In this document: one piece after another, positions 28,104 through 35,329 of the stretch
Layout: each line of letters begins with the position of its first letter
Numbering within the stretch: position 1 is the first letter of the stretch
Source of the DNA: Myxococcales bacterium
Lineage (GTDB): Bacteria > Myxococcota_A > UBA9042
Length of the DNA: 40,075 nucleotides
Assembly (NCBI GenBank): GCA_037441385.1
Contig: JBBISH010000055.1
Span: forward strand, 1-40,075
Direction of reading: 5' to 3'
Made by a program: the position numbers and the translations under genes
Notes under the pieces: model-generated
The model's input: only the letters and a program-made list of their open reading frames with translations
What the model was told of the DNA's origin: nothing
The model's database searches: none

Positions 28104-30607
28104 AGCGCGCGATCGCCTGGATGGTAGCCTTGGCGGTCAGCCTGCTGGCCTGCACCGACGAATTGCCGGCGGTGACGACGTTGCACGTCGATCCCAACCC
28201 GATGACCACCTTGGACAAGATGTGGTCGCCGCAGCCGCACCGCGACCGGCCGCGCGCCATCTGCACCACGGCCAATGCCACCAAGGCCTGGGTCATGCTG
28301 GCGGGCACGGACGACGACCCGGGCCAGAGCATCGCGGTGGTGGACCTGGCGGCGCGCAAGGTGCTGAAGAAGGTGGCGCTCGCGGGCACGCCCTATGGCT
28401 GCGCGCTGCACCCCAGTCAGAAGTTCCTTGTGGTTACGCAGCGCTATAGTGATCACGCGGTCGTACTCGACGCCTCGACCGACGCAGAGGTCGCGCGCAT
28501 CCCCGTGCCGTTCTACACCGAGGAAGTGCTGTTCAACGCCAACGGTTCGCGGTTGTGGCTGGCCAATCGCTGGAAGGACTCGGTGCTGTGGTGGGACGTG
28601 CGAGTCCAGGACGGCGAATTCGCTGTGACGGCCACCAACTACGGCGATCGGGCTGCCGACCAGAGCATGGGCATCCCGGTCAGCGACAACCCGGGCCGGC
28701 TGGCCCTTTCGGGCGACGGCAAGCGCCTCTTTGTCGGCTCCGTGGCAGGTTGCACGATCGCCGTGGTCGACGCGCAGACGGGCACGCTTGTCGACGTGGA
28801 CCAAGACCCGGCGACGACCACCGCCGGCGCGCCCCCGGGTATCAGCCACATCGACCTGCACTCGCCGGTGGGGGGCATGGTCACCCGCGGCAATTTCTTG
28901 TACGTGGCTGACATGGGCCGCGGCCTGGGCGCCCAGCCCGACCAGGGCATCGATATCGACGCCGACGGCAAGGCCGGCGACGCAACGGCCAATCAAGCTT
29001 TCCAGGATCAGCAGAACGAGATTGGGGTCGTGGACACCACCGCCCTGCACGAGGTGTTCCGCTACACGTCGGACACGATCGTGGCCCGCGACTTTCGCGA
29101 TGTCGATCCTGCGCACCCCGAAAAGGGGCCGATGCTGCCGCTGGCGGATCAGTGGTCGCCTTCGGTGGTCAACTTCATGCCACCCGCCACCACGTGGACC
29201 GTGGCCGGAGCGCTGCCCGAAGCGATGCTGGTCCAGGGCGACGACCTCTTCGTGGCCTTTGCGGGCTCCAACGAAGTCCAGCGTTTCGCGGTCGCGGCCG
29301 ACGGCAGCCTGAGCACGACCCAAGCCGCCGGCCAGCTTTGGCGCACGGGCTACAACCCCAAGGCGCTGGCCATCGGTCCAGGCGGCCAGGTCGTGACGGT
29401 CGACCGCTTGGGCGAAAGCCTGACCTTCATCGACCCCAAGCAAGCACCCGGCGCGGCCGAGAAACAACTGGTCATCGGCGACGTGGCCGGCGGGCCCTTC
29501 CCGGCGACCGATGCCGAGCTGGGCGAGGGCGTCAACGAGATGACCGCGGTGTTTACCATCGACGGCGACCAGACTTGCGTGCAGTGCCACCGCGACAACG
29601 GCGCCATGGCGCGGCCGTTTGTCATGCCGCTGCAATCCAGCCGAGCGTGGAGCTTGCGCAACGTGATGGCCCAGCGCGGTCTGTACGACACGCGGCCGTG
29701 GTTCTTCGAGTCGGCGATGAACGAGGACAACTTCTTCCCCGTGCTGAACGAGTTTGTCCGCCGCGAAAATTTCTGCTGCGAGCAGTTGGACATGCTGGTG
29801 TGGGGCAAGTACCCCAAGGTCGATGTGTGTCAGGCCGATCCGAACACGGCGGGCTGCAGCCACGTGCTGCACTGCGAAGAGGACCCGCCGCCTGAATGCG
29901 CCCAGCGCGCCTACGGCAGCAAGACCTTCCTCAAGCGTTCCGACTTCATGAAGGACGCCGCCAAGCACCTTTTTGGCCGCGACACCACCTTTGGCGACGC
30001 GGTGTACAAGGCGGACAGCAAGGGCCAGAAGAAAGCCCTGCCGCTGGACTTCGACGGGGTGACGCGCGTGTTGGGCCTGTTCATGATGCGCACGCCGCGG
30101 CTCTTGCCCAACCCCAACCGCTACCTGAACTTGCCGTCGGCCAAGCGCGGCGCCGCGCTCTACAAGGATCCCGGGGTCGGCTGCAACAACTGCCACCCGC
30201 TGCCCAACACCACCACAGCGACAGGTCCGGTGCCGTTTTCGCCGTTTGGCATGCCGGTGCACTTCCCGCCCGTGATCTCGCCCGAGCGCCGACCTGACGG
30301 CAGCGACGCCATGTTGGTCAACCCAACCTTTATCGCCACGTTCCCCCTGGTCGTGCAGGACGCGGCCGGATTGCACCTGGGTTCCACGCCCTTGCGGGGC
30401 ATCTGGGACCGGCCGCAGACGCGTTTCTACCACGACGGGCGGGCGCGCTCGCTGCGCGAGGCCCTGGCCACGCCGGGCCACACCGTGCTCTTGCCGGGCG
30501 AGACCGGCTACAACGAGCGCGGCGGCAGCTTTGACACCCACGGCGGCACCAGCCAGCTGTCCAAGTATCAGATGCAGGACCTGATCCACTACCTGCTGAC
30601 GCTCTGA
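28100..30607 (+). CDS. YncE-type beta-propeller fused to a di-heme cytochrome c peroxidase/MauG-like domain (HZS beta-gamma-like), lipoprotein
   Basis: Lipobox LLA-C. Propeller repeats SIAVVDL, PGRLALSGDGKRLFV and TGYNPKALAI. Heme motifs CVQCH and CNNCH. RGAALY and TPLRGIW...FYHDGRARSLRE as in the bCCP/MauG family. Confidence 0.8.
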   Translation: MKRAIAWMVALAVSLLACTDELPAVTTLHVDPNPMTTLDKMWSPQPHRDRPRAICTTANATKAWVMLAGTDDDPGQSIAVVDLAARKVLKKVALAGTPYGCALHPSQKFLVVTQRYSDHAVVLDASTDAEVARIPVPFYTEEVLFNANGSRLWLANRWKDSVLWWDVRVQDGEFAVTATNYGDRAADQSMGIPVSDNPGRLALSGDGKRLFVGSVAGCTIAVVDAQTGTLVDVDQDPATTTAGAPPGISHIDLHSPVGGMVTRGNFLYVADMGRGLGAQPDQGIDIDADGKAGDATANQAFQDQQNEIGVVDTTALHEVFRYTSDTIVARDFRDVDPAHPEKGPMLPLADQWSPSVVNFMPPATTWTVAGALPEAMLVQGDDLFVAFAGSNEVQRFAVAADGSLSTTQAAGQLWRTGYNPKALAIGPGGQVVTVDRLGESLTFIDPKQAPGAAEKQLVIGDVAGGPFPATDAELGEGVNEMTAVFTIDGDQTCVQCHRDNGAMARPFVMPLQSSRAWSLRNVMAQRGLYDTRPWFFESAMNEDNFFPVLNEFVRRENFCCEQLDMLVWGKYPKVDVCQADPNTAGCSHVLHCEEDPPPECAQRAYGSKTFLKRSDFMKDAAKHLFGRDTTFGDAVYKADSKGQKKALPLDFDGVTRVLGLFMMRTPRLLPNPNRYLNLPSAKRGAALYKDPGVGCNNCHPLPNTTTATGPVPFSPFGMPVHFPPVISPERRPDGSDAMLVNPTFIATFPLVVQDAAGLHLGSTPLRGIWDRPQTRFYHDGRARSLREALATPGHTVLLPGETGYNERGGSFDTHGGTSQLSKYQMQDLIHYLLTL

Positions 30608-30617
30608 GGCAACCTTG

Positions 30618-30845
30618 ATGCGACGCGCTAAGACGACAAAAGGCGCACTGGTGCTGCTGATTCTGGCGGCACCGTTGGGGGGCTGCGCCCCGGTGCCAGC
30701 CTGGTCGCGCGGCACCCTGGCCGACCGGCGCATGCAGCCAAGCCAAACGCCAGAACGCGATGGATTGCGCCACCACGTATTCAGTGTGCGCGAAGGAGCC
30801 GCCGGGGGCGACGGCGCGGCAGGTGGTGGCTGTGGCTGCGACTAG
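30618..30845 (+). CDS. DUF4266-like small lipoprotein
   Basis: Lipobox LGG-C. VPAWSRGTLADRRM...HVFSVREGAAGG...GGGCGCD, the characteristic C-terminal GGGCGC. Confidence 0.85.
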   Translation: MRRAKTTKGALVLLILAAPLGGCAPVPAWSRGTLADRRMQPSQTPERDGLRHHVFSVREGAAGGDGAAGGGCGCD

Positions 30846-31944
30846 TCCACTTCAACGGCGAATTCTGCTGGCCTTGCTGGCCGTTCTGGCCCATGTCCCG
30901 CTGGCGGACGCGGCGGAACGCGCCGGCTCGGCCGTGCTCCTGTACCGCGACAACGACCATGTCACCGTGTGGAAGCCCGTCGCCAGCGTGTCGACCGATC
31001 AAGGCGACCTGTCGGCCCAGGCGCGCTGGAGCACGGACTTCGTCAGCGCCGCATCGGTCGACCTGGTCACCGCCGCCTCGCCGCGCGGCTACACCGAACA
31101 ACGCCAAGAGTCCGAGCTGGGCACCGGCTGGGCCCTGGGCGAGGGCCGCCGCATCGACTTGAGTGGCACGGTGTCGCGCGAACCGGATTTCCGCAGCGAT
31201 GCTCTGGATCTCGCGACGGTCTGGGAGTGGCTGGACCGCCGCGTGGTGACGACCGCGGGCGTGGGCGTGGCGCAGGCCTCTACGGGGCGCACCGGCGATG
31301 CCACCGCTTGGCGGGACCGCGTCAGCCGCGACGGCCATGTGCAGGTGTCGCTGGTCGCATCGCCCACCTCGGTCGTCGACTTGGCGTGGACGCTGCAGGA
31401 CCTGCAGGGCTATCAGGCCAGCATGTACCGCTATGTGCGGCTCTATCGGCCCGGCGAGGCGCAGCACCTGACCGCCGTGGCCGAGCAAGTGCCCGACGAA
31501 CGTTGGCGGCACGCCGTGTTGCTGCGCCTGCGCCAACGCGTGAGCAAGGCCTGGTTCGCGCAGGGCGACTACCGGTTCTACAGCGACACCTGGGGGATGA
31601 TCGCGCACACGGTGTCGGCCCGGGCCATTTGGACGCTGCCGGGAGGAGCCTGGACCTTGCGCGGCGAGGGCCGGGGCCACAGCCAAAATGGCGCCAGCTT
31701 CTACAGCAGCCGCTACCAGACGCAAGCCGACATGCCGCAGTGGCGCACGGCCGACAAAGAACTGGGGCCGATGTGGACTGCCGCCGGCGGCCTGCACCTG
31801 GAGTGGACGACGCACCCCACCGCGAGCCAAACTGTGCGTGTGGGCGTGGGCGGCGACGTGCTGCACATGCGCCTGCTCGACCACCCGTACCTGCGCGAGC
31901 GCACAGCGCTGCTGGCGACCGTGGACTTGAGCTGGGAGAGATAG
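30832..31944 (+). CDS. DUF3570-like outer-membrane beta-barrel protein
   Basis: GTG start overlaps the DUF4266 gene's GGCGC codons. Motifs DFVSAAS.D.VTAAS, SREPDF, GYQASMYR, EQVPDERWR, YRFYSDTWG..AHT and TADKEL. Confidence 0.82.
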   Translation: MAATSPLQRRILLALLAVLAHVPLADAAERAGSAVLLYRDNDHVTVWKPVASVSTDQGDLSAQARWSTDFVSAASVDLVTAASPRGYTEQRQESELGTGWALGEGRRIDLSGTVSREPDFRSDALDLATVWEWLDRRVVTTAGVGVAQASTGRTGDATAWRDRVSRDGHVQVSLVASPTSVVDLAWTLQDLQGYQASMYRYVRLYRPGEAQHLTAVAEQVPDERWRHAVLLRLRQRVSKAWFAQGDYRFYSDTWGMIAHTVSARAIWTLPGGAWTLRGEGRGHSQNGASFYSSRYQTQADMPQWRTADKELGPMWTAAGGLHLEWTTHPTASQTVRVGVGGDVLHMRLLDHPYLRERTALLATVDLSWER

Positions 31945-32499
31945 ATGCCCCCAAACCTAGTTGGCGCGCGCCACCTTGCGACCATGGCGTTGGTTGCAGC
32001 CTGCAGCTCGCCCGTGTCGCCCGCCGACCCGATGGACGCCACCCAGAAGGTCGACTCGACGCTGCCGTTGTGCAGCGAGACCGCCCAGGTCTTCGCCATC
32101 GACAAGGGCGAGAAACGCGTGGTGCTGTCGGCCGGCGGCGATCTGGCCGTGACGCAAGGCTTTCAGGGCTTCTTGTTCGTCCGTGTGGGCTTGCACACCG
32201 CAGCCGCGTTGGCCAAGGCCGTGCCGATGAGCGTGGTCATTCAGCTGGACAATGGCGACGAAGAGTACCTGCCGCAGCGTATCGTCAAGACCCAGGCCTC
32301 GGCGAACGCCTTCGAAACCGTGGAAACACCGGTCTTCTTCAACGACGCCACCATCACCGAGCTCGTTTCGCGCAAGGCCGCCGTCGACATCGAAGTCGAG
32401 ATGCCGACTTGCGTGCTGCGCGCCCACGTCGACACCGTCCTCACCTACGGCGGCTACATGGACGCCGACGCCAGCTTCTGGGGCACGGTAGCCGACTGA
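31945..32499 (+). CDS. Hypothetical lipoprotein
   Basis: Starts directly after the previous stop. Lipobox-like VAA-C. GC3-biased codon usage. Contains a QGFQG..FV motif. Confidence 0.65.
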   Translation: MPPNLVGARHLATMALVAACSSPVSPADPMDATQKVDSTLPLCSETAQVFAIDKGEKRVVLSAGGDLAVTQGFQGFLFVRVGLHTAAALAKAVPMSVVIQLDNGDEEYLPQRIVKTQASANAFETVETPVFFNDATITELVSRKAAVDIEVEMPTCVLRAHVDTVLTYGGYMDADASFWGTVAD

Positions 32500-32733
32500 T
32501 CCTTGCGTATCAGACGGGTTCCGTAGGACTCGAACGCTGCAAAAACGAACCGGGCCGCCTGCGTGAGCAAGCGGCCCAGTCCAGCTCCGCAACTATACAT
32601 GCTGACGGAAATCGAACATCATCGTTGTTTCGTCGCCGCGCGTCGGCCGAATAGGACGCGCGCTTGGCGACCCACCCAGCACGCAGCCAAACCGATGACG
32701 TTAGACATCGGTCAGGCTGCATAGCTTACTCGC

Positions 32734-35097
32734 CTAGTAGACGCAGCAAGCGTAGCCGTACTGCGAGCTCGGCGGGTGGTCGTCGCCCGCGTTGCCCACG
32801 CCCGGCGCGGCATTGCCACCGTCGTTGTCCGAGTAGGACGCGGTCCAGTTGGCCGAAGCCGTCAGCTTGCCGGCAGCGCGCAGCACCGCGCTTTGCGAGA
32901 TCGAGCAGAGGCGCGAGTTCAGGTTGGCACAAGCGGCCGAAGCCGTCGGCCAGTCGACCAGCGTCGAATTCTCGATCTTGGTCGTGCACACGCCACTGAT
33001 CTCGGTCATGCCGGGGCCGTTGCACTCGAAGGTCTTGCGCTGGCTGGCGCAGCAGATGAAACCATAGTGCTGGCCCATGTTGGTGTCGTCCGAGACGGGA
33101 CCGACGCCCTTCTCGTAGCCGGTGTTGTCGTTGTCCGAGTGATCCGAGGCCCAGTAGCCCCAGCCCGCGTTGGGCAGCTTACCGTTGCTGCGCAATACCT
33201 GGTACTCGGCCTTGCTGCACAGGTCGGCCTTCAGGCCGGCGCAGTAGACGGCGGCCTGGCGGAAGTACACGCTGGGGTTGTCGTGCATGTAGACCACGCG
33301 CACGCCGTTGATGTACTGGTCGGTTGGGCTGGGCGGCGTGAAGTTGTAGCAGCACTGCGCGGTCCAGCCGTTGCCGTTGCTGTGGTCGTCGCCGGTGCCG
33401 TTGTTGACTTCGCTCCACTGGCCCGCGTCGTTGTCCGAGAACGAGTTGGTCCACAGGGCGTTCGAGACGAGCATGCGGGTGTAGTTCAGCACGAACGACT
33501 GGCTGTCCGAGCAAATGTCGGCCTTCTTGCTGGCGCAGTAGTTGGCCGAGTTCTGGAAGTTGCAGTTGCCGCAGCCGGTGGGCGCCGTGCAGATGCCCTG
33601 GATTTCGGGACCGGGGCAGACGTCGGTCTGCAGGCCAACCCAGCTGCCGTTCTGGCAGATCTGCGGGACCGAGCCGCTGTAGCGGACGGTGCCTTCCTTG
33701 GTGCTGTCGCAGGCCGCCGAGTCGTCGCCGAGCTTGACGCTGCTGTCGACAATCAGGTTGCCCTTGATCTGGATCTTCTTGTTCGACAGGGTCTGGATGT
33801 TCATCGACCACTTGAAGTCGCCGTCGAAGCCGCCCGAACCGCCGCCGCTCTTGAGGTCCTTGACCGTGATCGACCAAGCGCCCTTGATGTTCTTGTTCAC
33901 CCAGTCGCCAGTCATGTCGCCCGAGACCAGCGGCGTGTCGGTGTTGAAGTTGGTGGTCAGGGTGGTGCCGGTCTTGCCGCCGCTGTACAGCACGTAGGGG
34001 TTGGGGATGCCGGGGCCGTACAGTTCGACCTTGACGCCGCTCAGATCCGAGTTGTTGATGGTCATGTTGACCCACAACTTCTGGGCCTGGCCGATGTCTG
34101 GGAACGTCAACGTGTCGGTGACGCCGGCGCCCAGTCCGTCCGGAATCTTGATGGTGCCCGTGCCGGCGGTGGAGTCGACGAACTGGTTCCAGATCAGGCC
34201 GTTGCTGATCTCGTCGATCATGTCGGCGGCGATGGCCGAAGCGATGCACGCGTACGAGCCGTCGGCGTTGATGCCGTTCATCACCAGGCCCGTGCCGCAC
34301 TTCTTGCCCAGGTCGGGGATGACCGGCTTGTTGGCCAGGTCGGCGTAGCTGCCCGAGCCGGCCACGGTGGCCAGCGAGGCCGCCTTGACGTAGGCGCTGA
34401 GGTCCGTGGCCTTGGCGTAGACGCTGTGGTCCGGAATGTTGGCCAGATCGGCGTACGAGCCCGTGCCGGCGACCTTGGCCAACGACGCGGTCTTGGCGTA
34501 GGCCGACAGGTCGGTGGTCTTGGCGTAGCCGGTCAGGTCCGGGCCGCCGGTCAAGTCGGCAAAGGCGCCCGAGGTGGCGACCTTGGCCAGCGAGGCGGTC
34601 TTGGCATAGGCGCTCAGGTCAGCCGTTTTGGCATACGCTGCCAGGGCTTGCGGGTCCAGAGCGCTGGCGCCCACGCAGCCCGAGCACTCGATGCCTTCGG
34701 CCACAGCGGCGCGCAGCGCATACACGACCGAAGTCATGGCCACGCGCGGCAGCTCGGGGTCCGACTCGACCTTCATGCTGAGGTACGCAGACGGCAGGCC
34801 GGACAAAGCCGCGGCGGTCAAGGGCACTTTGCTACCCAGCGTGTACTGGAAGACGCCGCCCTTGACCGAGACCGAAACCGGCCCTTCGATCCATACCGGG
34901 TTGCCGCCCACGGCGTCTTTCAAGACGGCGAAGGTCATGTTGTAGAAACCATCGGCTGCCGGACCACCGCCCGCAGAGAGCAACGTGCCTTCGATGGCCG
35001 TATTGGTGGGAATCGCGGCCTGCGCCGACGCCGCCCACAGCGAAGCCGTTGCGGCGAGCGTGCTAAGTAACACTTTGGAACGTTTGCTGAACATCAT
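32734..35097 (-). CDS. Secreted fibre/adhesin-like protein A: conserved N-terminal domain, 36-aa repeats, P-domain and three Cys-rich lectin-like C-terminal repeats
   Basis: GGGAG RBS and signal peptide ending SAQA. LAKVATSGAFADL-type repeats. P-domain-like IPDGLGAGVTDTLTF...GAWSITVKD. Three C-x6/7-[LI]CS...W...SDND...CC units. Confidence 0.8.
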   Translation of the reverse strand: MMFSKRSKVLLSTLAATASLWAASAQAAIPTNTAIEGTLLSAGGGPAADGFYNMTFAVLKDAVGGNPVWIEGPVSVSVKGGVFQYTLGSKVPLTAAALSGLPSAYLSMKVESDPELPRVAMTSVVYALRAAVAEGIECSGCVGASALDPQALAAYAKTADLSAYAKTASLAKVATSGAFADLTGGPDLTGYAKTTDLSAYAKTASLAKVAGTGSYADLANIPDHSVYAKATDLSAYVKAASLATVAGSGSYADLANKPVIPDLGKKCGTGLVMNGINADGSYACIASAIAADMIDEISNGLIWNQFVDSTAGTGTIKIPDGLGAGVTDTLTFPDIGQAQKLWVNMTINNSDLSGVKVELYGPGIPNPYVLYSGGKTGTTLTTNFNTDTPLVSGDMTGDWVNKNIKGAWSITVKDLKSGGGSGGFDGDFKWSMNIQTLSNKKIQIKGNLIVDSSVKLGDDSAACDSTKEGTVRYSGSVPQICQNGSWVGLQTDVCPGPEIQGICTAPTGCGNCNFQNSANYCASKKADICSDSQSFVLNYTRMLVSNALWTNSFSDNDAGQWSEVNNGTGDDHSNGNGWTAQCCYNFTPPSPTDQYINGVRVVYMHDNPSVYFRQAAVYCAGLKADLCSKAEYQVLRSNGKLPNAGWGYWASDHSDNDNTGYEKGVGPVSDDTNMGQHYGFICCASQRKTFECNGPGMTEISGVCTTKIENSTLVDWPTASAACANLNSRLCSISQSAVLRAAGKLTASANWTASYSDNDGGNAAPGVGNAGDDHPPSSQYGYACCVY
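33744..35019. repeat. Long direct repeat, copy 1 (paralogous coding segment)
   Basis: Aligns to 36004-37279 at a constant offset of 2260 at every point checked. 33744-33837 differs from 36004-36097 at one base. Confidence 0.9.
34312..34635 (-). repeat. Three tandem 108-bp (36-aa) coding repeats
   Basis: YAKTxDLSAYxKxASLAxVAxxGxxADL...P occurs three times. An equivalent block lies at 36572-36895. Confidence 0.85.
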
Positions 35098-35329
35098 TCT
35101 GCTCCCTGAGACCGCACAGGTGGGGTGGTGGCGTGGCCTGCGTTCGTCTCGTTGCCCGACGCATTAGGGTAGCTTGTGCAGTGCGGATCGTCAAATGCCT
35201 GAACAGCGCACCACTTTCTGGCGAAGGTCGCGGCGGCCGGCGCGGTGCCGAGCCCAAAAATGCGGCGGCCCGCACCGGGAGGTACCGATGCGGGCCGCGC
35301 CAATGGGGTCGACTGGACCTAGCTCGGGG

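Noticed and set aside
24600..30607. Genuine anammox hydrazine synthase
   Set aside because: No hydrazine dehydrogenase or HAO-like genes are in the window and the host context is not anammox-like. The proteins have lipoprotein anchors and extra domains, and the expected Tyr ligand is absent. Only architectural similarity is claimed.
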